Numbered from the stretch's first letter, positions 31,241-41,026 are shown. The stretch: 64,000 nt of DNA from an uncultured delta proteobacterium (GCA_963724765.1 CAVRVY010000004.1:1632001-1696000), one strand, 5' to 3'. Made by a program: numbers and translations. The notes: generated from the letters alone by a model not told the origin.

Positions 31241-31419
31241 TCGGTTGGTTCCTCCTGTAGCAGAAAATAGCGATCCAAATGTATTCGGCGAACCTACAGC
31301 GGCTACTGGTCAGGTGCAAGCGTGGCACGAGGCTCGCTGAGAGCTATGGTTGGTTCCCCGAGGCATCCCGCGCGTCCTACTGGTTCGGGTTGAAAGTGTT
31401 CGCGTTGCTCTAGCTTCGA

Positions 31420-31668
31420 CTAGGTCGAATTGCGTCTTTGTCTGCGGAGTTGCTTGAGTATGTCCCGGACTGCGCACAGATAACCAAAGTGCCAGTAAAT
31501 GCGTTCTGACGTGTCCTCATCCAGATATCGCCGCTTCAATTGGCATTCGTCCCTATGTCTTGAGAGCCATTTCCGCAAATCCCCAAATTCGCATCTCATC
31601 GCTCTCTCATGCCCATATTCATCAAACAGATTCCATCGCGCCGACTTATTTTTTGTAACGATTTCCAT
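31420..31668 (-). CDS. Hypothetical protein
   Basis: 82-aa ORF co-oriented with the element; ERIYWHFGYLCAVRDIL looks like a conserved helical motif. Confidence 0.5.
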   Translation of the reverse strand: MEIVTKNKSARWNLFDEYGHERAMRCEFGDLRKWLSRHRDECQLKRRYLDEDTSERIYWHFGYLCAVRDILKQLRRQRRNST

Positions 31669-32001
31669 GACTTACTACTCGGAAATGATTCAAATATATG
31701 CCATGCTCAAAACGTGGTCGGAATCTGACTCCTTGCGGAGTTCCTGTGCCGCTAACTCCATCAGTGTGTAACGCGGTTTGGTGCCCTGAGCGCGGCCCGA
31801 CGCCGCCTATCTGTCCACTCGGCGATCCGCCGCCGCCTAACCTTAAAGGCGTGGCGCAAGCGAAAGTACTAAAAATTCAAAGCCGCCCAATAGCCCTTTG
31901 TCGCGGCGATCAGCGATGCGCTCTCATGTATAGTAACGAGGCGATTGTTAGCCGCTTTGCAACAAGTCGATGAGTGATCCCGTCGGCCGCACGAGATTCA
32001 G

Positions 32002-33585
32002 TCACCAAGTGCCTTTGTTTGGGAATCTGAGCTTGCCTGCCCAGACATCCCATCGCCCCCTTTGAACTGGATAATCGTCACCGTGTGAGCCACGGTAAAA
32101 AGGTGACTTTGGATTCTGAAGTTCGCGAACCGAATGCCATTCAAAAACCTGATGTGGTCTGCCTAGCGCAAGCATAAGCGCCTCGGCACGATCCGGCGAT
32201 TGCACGCCGCGCTGCCTGGCCTTTTCTTTGGACTCGATCATGATCCGACCGCGCGGATCGATTTCGTAGAGGATGCCAGCCAGTTGTCCGATCGTGGTGT
32301 CGTCAATCAAGCCATCGATCCCGTCGCGCTCCAGAAGATCCGCAACGCGCTGATACAATTGCGCTTTCTTATTCAGAAAGCGTAAAGCCGGATCGTCCGC
32401 TCTCAAGTTGGGTTTGCTTTCTACCGGGATTCCGACGTGAACGAGCTCGACGGGCAGGCCTTGGTCGCGCAGATGCAGACCGAAATTGTATCCGACACCA
32501 TCAGCATCCACACGCACGGTGGCTAGTCGGTCGCGGTACGGTTTCAGAAAGGCGACCGCGTAACCGCGAGTGTCTTCGCCACGCCACGCACCGAACTTGA
32601 GGATCTTGGGGTTGCCCTTTGTTATCTCGCAGAGATAGACGACCGTCTCCGAGTCGACGCCGCCCACGTCGACGCCAGCGACCAGTCGCTCGCCCGCATC
32701 CTTAACGGGATTTTCCAGGGCACGCCGTTTTGCGCGCTCCAGCCATGGTAGCTTGATGAGCGCATTGTGCGACTGATCTGAAAACTGTCCGCGTACGCGC
32801 GACATCCAGTTAGGCGAGCTGCGTTCGTCGCCGTGCCACCATACGAGATGCTGGTCATACACCCACCGTTTTGTGACCAGATATGGCACCGGGTTGCGAT
32901 CAAGCGGACCGCCTGTGGCCGAATCCATCGCAAGCAATTGCTCAAGTGTGATGCCTTCAAGATTAGGTGAATCGAAAGCATCGATGGTGATGCAGTTCCA
33001 CAGTCCGCGCTCCCGGTTGAAAGCGTCGAAGAATGGGCCCGAAGGAATGGTTGGATTGCCCGCGACCACGATGTGGACTTTGCCGCCGGCCATGGCGCCG
33101 GCGATGGCATCCCAGATCTCAGCCGCAATCCCCGGAGCCTCGTCGACGATGATGAGGACGTACTTGCCGTGGTAGCCCTGGAAATTCTCGGCCTGATTCG
33201 TCGAAAGGCCGAGGGCAAAGTTATCTTCGCCGCGAAACTTGAGCTCGGTCGTCTTCAACTCTGGATATGGAATTTTTGATCCCGCGGAGATTCGATGAAG
33301 CTCCGACCACACCTGGGTTCTAACCTGTCGGAGAGTCGGACAGGTGGTCAGAACGATGCCTTGCGGGTAGCGGGCCAGCCACCAGAGCGCGGCTAACGCA
33401 AGCGAATAGGTCTTGCCGGCCCCATGGCAGGCCTTGATCGCGGTGCGGCGGCTGCTCTGAATCGAGCGTAATATGTCAGCCTCGCGCTCCCAGAGCTCCG
33501 CCCCGAGAATATTGGTTGTGAACAGAACCGGGTCAGCAATGACCTTTCGTACGTATGCCTTTTGATCTGGGGTAAGTTCGCTCAT
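32002..33585 (-). CDS. terL: Phage terminase large subunit
   Basis: Walker A ACHGAGKT, Walker B LIIVDEA, motif III AGNP, RNase-H-like nuclease GVDVGG...RVDADGVG...SPDRAEALML. Confidence 0.9.
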   Translation of the reverse strand: MSELTPDQKAYVRKVIADPVLFTTNILGAELWEREADILRSIQSSRRTAIKACHGAGKTYSLALAALWWLARYPQGIVLTTCPTLRQVRTQVWSELHRISAGSKIPYPELKTTELKFRGEDNFALGLSTNQAENFQGYHGKYVLIIVDEAPGIAAEIWDAIAGAMAGGKVHIVVAGNPTIPSGPFFDAFNRERGLWNCITIDAFDSPNLEGITLEQLLAMDSATGGPLDRNPVPYLVTKRWVYDQHLVWWHGDERSSPNWMSRVRGQFSDQSHNALIKLPWLERAKRRALENPVKDAGERLVAGVDVGGVDSETVVYLCEITKGNPKILKFGAWRGEDTRGYAVAFLKPYRDRLATVRVDADGVGYNFGLHLRDQGLPVELVHVGIPVESKPNLRADDPALRFLNKKAQLYQRVADLLERDGIDGLIDDTTIGQLAGILYEIDPRGRIMIESKEKARQRGVQSPDRAEALMLALGRPHQVFEWHSVRELQNPKSPFYRGSHGDDYPVQRGRWDVWAGKLRFPNKGTW

Positions 33586-33586
33586 G

Positions 33587-34114
33587 TCATTCCTCCTCTG
33601 AAATCGGACCAACTTCGTTAAGTAAGTGAACCAGCGTCAGCGGCTTGCCGTCTTTGCCGGTGAGCTCGTGTCTCTGTGCTGCAGCGTAACCCTGGATTCT
33701 CGCCGTGTGGTCGAGCACCTTAACTCCAACCTCGATCGAGCGTGGATTGCCCTTGCGGATCCCGGGCTGTAGATTCATGAACATCTCTTCGCTGCGTGCA
33801 CTGTCGAGCTTTCTCAACTCGTCGACTGCAAGCGCCGGCTCCCGGGCGATGGCCCTCGTGAACGCTTTGTGGCACGCTTGCTTAGAAATCTTGTAATCCG
33901 GTGGAAACGTCAGGCTGTCGGGGATAGCGACCATCGCGGTCGCCTGGCCGCAACCGACGCGACTGATCTGGTCAGCGATCGCATCGAACGACAGCCCCAT
34001 CCTCTTGAGGTGAACCGTCTCGGTTTCCACCCATCTGGCTCTCAAAACCGCTTCTGACACCATCACCGCCCTCTTCGTGCTCCGCCACGTGCCATCCGGG
34101 TTGCGCTTCATCAT
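33587..34114 (-). CDS. Putative terminase small subunit
   Basis: Immediately upstream of terL; HTH-like LKRMGLSFDAIADQ; C-terminal HELTGKDGKPL typical of TerS tails. Confidence 0.7.
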   Translation of the reverse strand: MMKRNPDGTWRSTKRAVMVSEAVLRARWVETETVHLKRMGLSFDAIADQISRVGCGQATAMVAIPDSLTFPPDYKISKQACHKAFTRAIAREPALAVDELRKLDSARSEEMFMNLQPGIRKGNPRSIEVGVKVLDHTARIQGYAAAQRHELTGKDGKPLTLVHLLNEVGPISEEE

Positions 34115-35503
34115 TGACTAATCACCTCCGGCTTGAGGCCAAGGGCGACCATGCGTTCCAATGCCACCGCTACGAATGGCGCGGACTTCTCAATCGCGTA
34201 ACACCGTCGTCCAGTTTGCTGCGCAGCGACTAATTGAGATCCGCTGCCCGAGAACGGCTCATAACAAATCTCATTGGGTTCGGTGTGCATCTCCATCGGC
34301 AGCGCAAAGAGTTTGCAAGGCTTCGAGGTGGGATGCGCGTCGGTCTCGACTTCAGAACTCGGAATCTGCCAGATCGTGGTCGGAAACTCGTCCGCCGTCT
34401 GACCGACTTGCGCTCGAAAAGTTTTAGGTTTCTCGCCCTTAATCCAGCCGAACAAGCACGGCTCGTGCTGCCACAAATACACAGAGTAAGTCAGCACCGG
34501 ACGAGTCTTAACCCAGATGATTTGCTGGTGCACAAATGCGCCGAACTCCATCCAGATGCGTTCCAACATCGACTGGCGTTTGCTCGCGTGCCAGCAGTAC
34601 CAGGCGGCGTCGCGGGTGATGGCATGCTTGATCGCCATATCCACGAACCCGCGATATAGCTCGACGCCCGACTCCTCGGTGTTCTGCACGTCCGCGCTGT
34701 TGGCTTCCAGGTACTGGCCCGACCAGTCTTTGTCTCGATTCGCAGCACCCTTATTTCCCCAGCTTTGCGGGTGCGAGCCGCCCGTATAGCCCACCGCATA
34801 CGGCGGATCAGTCGCGAACAGAACGGCCCGCTCGCCACCCATCAACCTCGACCACGTCTTCAGCCTTGGTTGAGTCGCCGCACAGCAGCCGATGCTCGCC
34901 AATCCGCCAGAGTTGGCCGGCTTCGGTGCCCCACTTCTTCTGCAGTTCGCCCGCCTTGTCGATCTGCGCCGGAGGCTCAACGAATTCGTGCGGATGAATG
35001 CGCTCCCACAGTTGTTCGCCGGCTGTGCGCCGCAGCAGCTCTTCCACCGCGGCGCTGTTGGTGCCGACCGTCTCGATAAGCGCCTTGATTCGCTCGGCGT
35101 CCGATTCTGCCATCGCGGCGAGCGGGTCAAGCGTAAGCAAGATCTTGTCGGCTTCTTTTTCGGTGACATCCAGGATCAGTACGGGGACGAGAGCGTCAGG
35201 TGTGGTCTCGGCGCGCAAGTGACCGTCGATCAGCATCAGCCTGTTGTCTGACAACTCGCGGACGAGCAAAGCATCCGCGTATCCGATCTCCGTCAAAAGA
35301 GCACGCAGCGCGTTCGCCTGAGCTCTGGGATGTCTCCTCCAGTTCTTCGGATTAGGCACAAGGTCTCCCGCTCGCACCCGACGAAGGTCCTTAATCCGGT
35401 CCCTAATCTGTAGCGGTGTTCCCTCGCAAGCCTGGTCTGCAGTTACGCGGACGGTCGATTGCTGCTCGCTGTGAGAATCGGACACTGTTTCTGTCGTCGC
35501 CAT
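34111..35503 (-). CDS. ParB-like domain + N6/N4 DNA methyltransferase (beta class); frameshift near 34845
   Basis: PNPKNWRRH, LIDGHLR (ParB); HRLLCGDST/RLMGGERAVLFATDPPY; HPTSKP; YEPFSGSGS. Confidence 0.9.
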
Positions 35504-35658
35504 GTTGCATTCCCCTCACTTGGACACGCCCGATCGCAGCTCCGCTATCTGTTCACGATCGTGTTGAGCGTGGCGGTGTTCGATGCGCGACGCTCTTTGC
35601 ACCGTGATCAATAGCTTGAAGCGCGAATCGTGAGAGGGAAACTAATCGCGCGTCAACT

Positions 35659-36375
35659 TCAGCGAGTCTTCGCGGAAGTTGACGACCGCAAGGTGAGTTC
35701 GATGTATCTCGCTAGCTCGACGACTGCTTTGCGGATGGTCTGCCGGCCGCCATTGAATTTGTACGAGGAATGTCGCGCGATCGATGCGAAGGGTTCGCTC
35801 CTGATCTGGTAACGTACCAGCCAGTCGAAGTGGCCAACGTCCCGTCGGCGCGGAGATCGTTTCAAGCCCGCGGCCAGCGCGGCAGCCTCGATGCGATTGC
35901 AGTAGGCGTCAAGCGCTTGGTTCACCTGTTGAAGAACGTCTTTCTTGAAGTCACGCCGCCGCCGCCACGTTGGATCGTGGTAGAACGGTCCGAGCTTTAG
36001 CGGCTCAAGCTTGAATGGGAAGAATCCCGCAAAAATGCCTGTGCTCTCAAATTCCCAGCCCCTAACCTCAGGATGAGCAACCCACCAGCGCAGGGTGTCG
36101 TGCGCGAGCAGCGTGCACCATCGATCGGTCAGGTGCCAGCGCTCTGCCCACGCTGCCAATGCACGTTCGTCATCGACGGACACATTGCGGAGCGTTGCGA
36201 CCAATTCTGGTTGCAGCTCTGCGGCGCGTGCAAGGAAAAGCCTCCGATGCGCATCGGGCGCGCCAGGTACCAAGCCAGTACGGCCGTCAGAGGCGAATCC
36301 CGGTACATAGAAATCGCCTAACGGCCACGCTAGCCCTGGTGACGTGATCGTGCCTTCTCTTGCCGCTGGTTTCAT
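35659..36375 (-). CDS. Hypothetical protein with C-terminal HTH-like region (possible regulator)
   Basis: GGAGG RBS; WLVRYQIRSEPFASIARH...RQTIRKAVVELARYI. Confidence 0.6.
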   Translation of the reverse strand: MKPAAREGTITSPGLAWPLGDFYVPGFASDGRTGLVPGAPDAHRRLFLARAAELQPELVATLRNVSVDDERALAAWAERWHLTDRWCTLLAHDTLRWWVAHPEVRGWEFESTGIFAGFFPFKLEPLKLGPFYHDPTWRRRRDFKKDVLQQVNQALDAYCNRIEAAALAAGLKRSPRRRDVGHFDWLVRYQIRSEPFASIARHSSYKFNGGRQTIRKAVVELARYIELTLRSSTSAKTR

Positions 36376-36571
36376 CCTCCACCTCCCCTCCCGGGTTTCT
36401 TGGGGTCAGGAAACGCCAAGCCGAATGACTGTCGCTAGCTGTCCCGGTTGAGAGGAAGCAGGCGACCAGAGACAACAAGTATAGCAACTCGTTGGTTCAG
36501 TTCAGGTAGCCGACCGTCGCGCCCCACTGTTTGGCGAAGCGCGGTGCGTAGAAATAGGGGCGTGGCGCAGA

Positions 36572-36822
36572 GATGGACGCAAGATCCGCCTTGATCGTGC
36601 GACTCTGTCGGATCGCGTATGGTCCGAGCCCATCGAGAGAGTGGCAAAGGAGTGGGCGCTCTCTGGTCGCGGCTTAGCGAAGGCATGCGGTCGTCTCAAG
36701 ATTCCAGTGCCGCCCCGCGGGTTTTGGGCAAGGCCCAGCATGGTAAGCGGATACACCGACCGCGTCTCCCCGAGTTGCCGTCGGGCGAAGCCGAAGAGAT
36801 CGTTATTCGTATGCCGGAGTGA
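36572..36822 (+). pseudogene. Mobile-element-associated small DNA-binding-like protein fragment; frameshift near 36732
   Basis: LDRATLSDRVWSEPIERVAKEWALSGRGLAKACGRLKIPVPPRGFWA/AQHGKRIHRPRLP; no clear start codon. Confidence 0.6.
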
Positions 36823-36875
36823 CTATGGCACGTACCAGAACGTCGTTTTATGAAAGGTCCGGCACCGGTCGACTT

Positions 36876-36937
36876 TGTCAACCGCCGGCTGTCAACCACC
36901 GGATTGTCAACCGCCGCTCGGGTGTCAACCGGTTGAC
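36876..36937. repeat. Four direct copies of TGTCAACC followed by an inverted copy
   Basis: Copies start at 36876, 36890, 36905 and 36923; palindrome GTCAACCGGTTGAC at 36924-36937. Confidence 0.85.
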
Positions 36938-37408
36938 GACTCTGCGGGAGAGGGGTTCGCAGCAGACTGGGTCATCCGCCAACGAGTCCTTCTCGATCCT
37001 GCTCTTAGCGCATAGACATTGACCAGGCCGCTTAGCAACCCGAAGATTTTCGATCTCGATTCAGCGCCGTCCGTTTTAAAGTTCAGATTGCACTCCGACT
37101 CACCTCAGCGCATCAATTCGATAGCAATTCTCGCAGCTGCTTAAATTAACGGCTCCGATGGAATTTTTAGTAGGCACACGCGTTCGATCTGGCGGCGAGG
37201 ATGGCGGGCGCCGAGGAGGAGACTGAAGTCGCTGCGGAAGCGCGCAAGGACGGCGAGGAGGGCGGCGGGGAATGATGCGGCGGTGGATGGCGCCCCCCCC
37301 CCAGGGTTTCAGGGACGTTACGCTAAAAATTTATAGAAATGACACGGCGCGCAATCGGGCGACGGTTTGCGTCTTGCCGGCGAGTAACGAACGACGTTGT
37401 CTCAACAA

Positions 37409-38424
37409 CTATGGTAAGCTCGCGGTTACCCGACCTTCAAATCTGGGATTCGAGAAGCGAAGAAAGTGCAGTCCGAGGCGCCACCCTGACTCAGTGGTGC
37501 TATCGAGGTCCGAGACATAGTCGATCTGAAACGCGTGCTTCGCCCTCTCCCGGCCGAAGAACTGGAAAGTTAGGGTCCTAATGCCGCTGTCCGACTCCAT
37601 ACCCGCGAACGAGCTAATCTCCGGAACGTAGCACACGATTCGAGCGGGTATTCCATCCGAGAGCTGGTCAGAGGCCTTCTCAAGGTCTTCTTCTATGCCT
37701 TTCAGGTACTCATCTTGCGTGCGACTCCAGCAGGCCAACACGATCGGACTCTGTCCGGAAGGACTCTGACCAAAAGCGGCAATATGGACGAACGGTCCGG
37801 CACGGCGGGCGGTCCTTTCTGCTTCGGTTTGTAACGATTTTGTCGGATTCAGTTCAGGTCGCAAGATTACTGAAATTCGCGTGTCGTCAGGCAAACATGT
37901 CTCGCCGCCACCTTGCAATCGCAATACGGCTTCAGCCGTCCTTCGGCGCCATTCCGATGTCGTGGGCATTGCTCCAGGCGTGCGTACTTCTATGGATGCG
38001 ATCAGGCCTAAACGCGTCGGAAACTTTGGGATCACGTCATCACAGAACTCGAAGAAGTGTCGCCGCTTGACGAGTCGCTTTGCATCAACGGTTTTACACT
38101 TGCACTCGACCTCAAACTCAAAACTCGCGAATTTCGCGCGCATGTCGGCCGTCTTGCTATTTTTTTGGGGCGGAATCCAGTGAAGCTCAGTGCCACCGAG
38201 CACGAGATGATTGGCGGTCTGAATCTCTACAATCACCGGTTCTATTGGATCCTTGCTCAGCAGACGACGTCTTATCTCCTCTCTCTTCCATTCGGGCATT
38301 CGTTCCGACGCAGAAGCGATCTCTGCAGCGGTACTGAGCGCGTGCCTGACCTTTGGATTCGAGATATCCACTCGTCGTTTGCTTCGAGCTGCGTGCATGA
38401 GGTCCTCGAGCCCTAACCAAAATT
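37409..38424 (-). pseudogene. C-terminal part of a PD-(D/E)xK nuclease-like gene interrupted by IS1595
   Basis: EPVIVEIQTA...KTADM...FEVECK motif; the frame continues on the other side of the IS (40693-40957). Confidence 0.6.
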
Positions 38425-38473
38425 GGGGAATAATATACTTGACTAATCCTCGCTCGTTCGCTATGATTCTGAC

Positions 38474-39442
38474 ATGGACGCAGGAATACCGAGAACGTTG
38501 ATCGACGCGGTTCGGTTCTTTAAGAACGCCGATAACTGCCGCGAGTTTATGGCGACTATCCGCTGGCCGGACGGCATCAAGTGTCCGACATGCGGAAGTG
38601 ATAAGGTTGGCTTCCTTGCCAATCAAAGCCGCTGGCAATGCAGTTCAAAGCATCCGAAGCGTCAGTTCTCCGTTAAGGTTGGAACCATCTTTGAGGATTC
38701 GCCCATCGGTCTCGACAAGTGGCTTCCGGCTGTCTGGCTGTTGGTCAATTGCAAGAACGGGATTAGCAGCTATGAAGTTGCACGCGATCTCGACGTGACA
38801 CAAAAGACCGCATGGTTTATGCTTCATCGGATTCGCAAGGCAATGCAGACCGGAACATTTGAGAAAGTCAGCGGTCAGGTGGAAGCCGACGAAACTTTTA
38901 TCGGTGGCCTCGCCCGATTCATGCACAAGGCAGATCGCGCAAGAAAAATCGGGGGCACGGGCGGGGCCGGTAAAGCGATTGTGATGGGCATCCTCGACCG
39001 CAACAGCGGCAAAGTCCGCATCAAGCATGTTCCGAATACTCAGCGCCGGACGCTACAGGATGAAATCCGCCAGCACGTTGAAGCCGGTTCGGAAGTGTTC
39101 ACCGATGAATGGGTCGCGTACAACGGCCTAGACCGTGAGTATGTTCATCAGGTTATCAATCACACGGAAGCCTACGTTAAGGGCAACGTTCACACGAATC
39201 GAATCGAAAACTTTTGGTCCTGCCTAAAACGCGGCCTCAAAGGAACCTACATCAGCGTCGAGCCGTTCCATCTGTTCCGCTATCTCGATGAGCAGGCGTT
39301 CCGATTCAACGAGCGCAAGGGCACGGATGCGGCGCGCTTTGTTCAGGCGCTCGGCAACGTGACAGGACGGCGCTTGACGTACAAAGAGCTTATCGGCGGC
39401 GGCGCGCCAGCGTTTGAGCCCTCATCGACTCCGGCAGAGTAG
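38474..39442 (+). CDS. IS1595-family DDE transposase
   Basis: RWPDGIKCPTC Zn ribbon, QKTAWFMLHRIR, EADETFIGG, VFTDE, HTNRIENFW, YLDEQAFRFNER. Confidence 0.95.
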   Translation: MDAGIPRTLIDAVRFFKNADNCREFMATIRWPDGIKCPTCGSDKVGFLANQSRWQCSSKHPKRQFSVKVGTIFEDSPIGLDKWLPAVWLLVNCKNGISSYEVARDLDVTQKTAWFMLHRIRKAMQTGTFEKVSGQVEADETFIGGLARFMHKADRARKIGGTGGAGKAIVMGILDRNSGKVRIKHVPNTQRRTLQDEIRQHVEAGSEVFTDEWVAYNGLDREYVHQVINHTEAYVKGNVHTNRIENFWSCLKRGLKGTYISVEPFHLFRYLDEQAFRFNERKGTDAARFVQALGNVTGRRLTYKELIGGGAPAFEPSSTPAE

Positions 39443-39481
39443 AGGCAGACTGACGCGACCAAAACGTGATAGACTGAAGTT

Positions 39482-39655
39482 ATGAAGGATTCAGCCGTCA
39501 CGCACGTCACGCACGAAGCACGGCCTGACGAACAACCACCAGAATCAGCATTTCAGCGGTTCGCGAAAGCCATGCGCGCGTTGGTTGCTGTACCCAAACA
39601 TGAACTTGCGGAACAGCTGACGAAATCCAAGAGAAAGAAACGTGGCGTTACATGA
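39482..39655 (+). CDS. 57-aa basic IS1595 accessory protein (not in ORF track)
   Basis: MKDSAV...AFQRFAKAMRALVAVPKHELAEQLTKSKRKKRGVT*. Confidence 0.6.
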   Translation: MKDSAVTHVTHEARPDEQPPESAFQRFAKAMRALVAVPKHELAEQLTKSKRKKRGVT

Positions 39656-40157
39656 CCTTCTGATCCTGACAGAGTATGAGACTGGCCACGCCGTTACCGC
39701 AATTGAATGGGTTGCGCGCGGTGGCAAACCTATCATCGAAATTGGCGGGCGCGTTTTAAGCGCCGAAAAAATTGAAAGTCTTTCAGACGATTTGAATCGT
39801 TGCATCGATATCGCGGGAGAATCGGAAGTCTATGGATTCGTTCTGCGCGATGGCGATTGGTGGCGATTCGGGTTTTACCGGTACGAGTGGGCCATTGCTG
39901 GCCTGCTTCATCTTTTTGGTGAAGCCCCCGCAATCCATGGCACACACGCTCACTGGATACGGGGGCTTCTGTTCGGTTATAGCTCAGACTCTATTCATCG
40001 ATTCATTTCGTCTGAGTGCGACGGACAAGAGTCCACGTCGCATTCGCACCCTTACAGGAAAATCCGCGTTTATCGCAGGGTGGAAATTTATGATACTCCG
40101 GAACAGCCCGCTCCACTCCGCAGCAGTCAGAACGGTAAATTCCGGACACTTGATTAA
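39642..40157 (+). CDS. Hypothetical IS passenger protein
   Basis: 171-aa ORF overlapping the upstream stop; HWIRGLLFGYS motif; 3' tail overlaps an antisense gene. Confidence 0.55.
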   Translation: MALHDLLILTEYETGHAVTAIEWVARGGKPIIEIGGRVLSAEKIESLSDDLNRCIDIAGESEVYGFVLRDGDWWRFGFYRYEWAIAGLLHLFGEAPAIHGTHAHWIRGLLFGYSSDSIHRFISSECDGQESTSHSHPYRKIRVYRRVEIYDTPEQPAPLRSSQNGKFRTLD

Positions 40158-40176
40158 CTTCGCCTGGTTTAGGCAT
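40003..40176 (-). CDS. YjzC-like small Cys-rich protein
   Basis: MPKPGEVNQVSGIYRSDCC...HKFPPC...C...WTL; AGGAAG RBS. Confidence 0.6.
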   Translation of the reverse strand: MPKPGEVNQVSGIYRSDCCGVERAVPEYHKFPPCDKRGFSCKGANATWTLVRRTQTK

Positions 40177-40231
40177 TTGTTTTTGCTTCCTATTTGATGC
40201 TGTTAAATTTTGCGAGTTGCCTGTGAGCAAT

Positions 40232-40262
40232 CCGCCCCCTTTCGGGGGCGTCGGTCTTTTTA
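40232..40262 (+). terminator. Rho-independent terminator
   Basis: CGCCCCC-TTTC-GGGGGCG stem followed by TCGGTCTTTTT. Confidence 0.65.
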
Positions 40263-40326
40263 TGATGTATCGTAGGCCATAAGGCACACCTTTCCCGTTG
40301 GCTCGCGGCCTGACCACACGAGCCCG

Positions 40327-40432
40327 TTGCAGGGTTGCCTTTATGGTGGTAAGCTAAATTCTGAATCGGATCCGGCCTGCCAGTCAGGCACCCAAGCCCC
40401 TGCCATCGGCAAAATGACAGGGGCTTTTTTCT
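40327..40432 (+). ncRNA. Candidate ~70-nt small RNA with its own sigma70-like promoter and terminator
   Basis: TTGCAG (40327) - 17 nt - TG.TAAGCT (40350); GCCTG-CCAGT-CAGGC hairpin; AGCCCCTG...CAGGGGCT + T6 terminator; no ORF between them. Confidence 0.45.
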
Positions 40433-40692
40433 TATTCTCTTATTGGATTGTGAAATGCGGCCCCACTCATCCTCCCTGCGCGCCCGATTAAGACCTTGCC
40501 CACCCTGCCACCGCTCTTAGCGTAACGGCTTGCCACGCTTGAGTCAACTACTTAAGACATTCTAAAAGATCATTAAAGATCACTTAGATCACCATGTAAT
40601 ACGTAAATGAGTGGACACGAACGCGGTTTGTCGGCCAGCCTGTCACGTCCCGTTCAGCCTAGCACACGGATTAGTCAAGTATATTATTCCCC

Positions 40693-40957
40693 AAAATTAG
40701 ACCCTCGGAAGCCCCCAGTATTCGCGAAGAACGGGCCTCATTGACCGCAAGTCCCGATGAACGCGATCGAGTTTCTGCTTCAGTTCGGTTTGGCTGACTA
40801 GATGCCCGAACTGCCGGAGTACGAGAGGAACGTCCTGAGGACGTAAATTAAGACTACTTCCTCTTACGAGCGAAGAGACTCTTGTTTCGTCCTTGTTCAC
40901 CAGCTCGATCGACAGTCCATCGGGCTGCGGTAACGGACTATTTCGGTCGAGCTTCAC
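40693..40957 (-). pseudogene. N-terminal part of the IS1595-interrupted nuclease-like gene
   Basis: Same frame as 37409-38424 after removing the IS and one target copy; a TAA lies at the junction. Confidence 0.5.
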
Positions 40958-41026
40958 GCAAGAACGTCTGTCCCAAAGGGCTTGTTACCCGACCGGCCGG
41001 CGCACAATCGTGATTGTGAACGGCGT

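Larger units (their letters stand above)
29358..36940 (-). mobile_element. Phage-related integrative element (serine recombinase + terS/terL + ParB-MTase), no structural genes seen
   Basis: Co-oriented minus-strand gene run ending at the recombinase and att-like site; right boundary uncertain. Confidence 0.6.
38425..40692 (+). mobile_element. IS1595-family element with passenger genes (2268 bp)
   Basis: Perfect 25-bp TIRs GGGGAATAATATACTTGACTAATCC (38425-38449 and 40668-40692); flanking direct repeat AAAATT (CCAAAATT if the C-run is collapsed). Confidence 0.93.

Noticed and set aside
31323-31338. Sigma-54-like motif TGGCACGAGGCTCGCT on the + strand
   Set aside because: No plausible + strand gene lies downstream; it may be a chance match or an antisense promoter, and I cannot support either.
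32002-35503. Complete prophage or gene transfer agent
   Set aside because: No portal, protease, capsid, tail or lysis genes are present in the window.
37409-38638. 409-aa ORF with its start inside the transposase
   Set aside because: The first ~70 codons are read-through of the IS1595 left end, including the TIR; the true N-terminus lies beyond the IS.
39497-39516. GTCACGCAC tandem duplication
   Set aside because: A two-copy in-frame 9-bp duplication in a small ORF with no evident significance.
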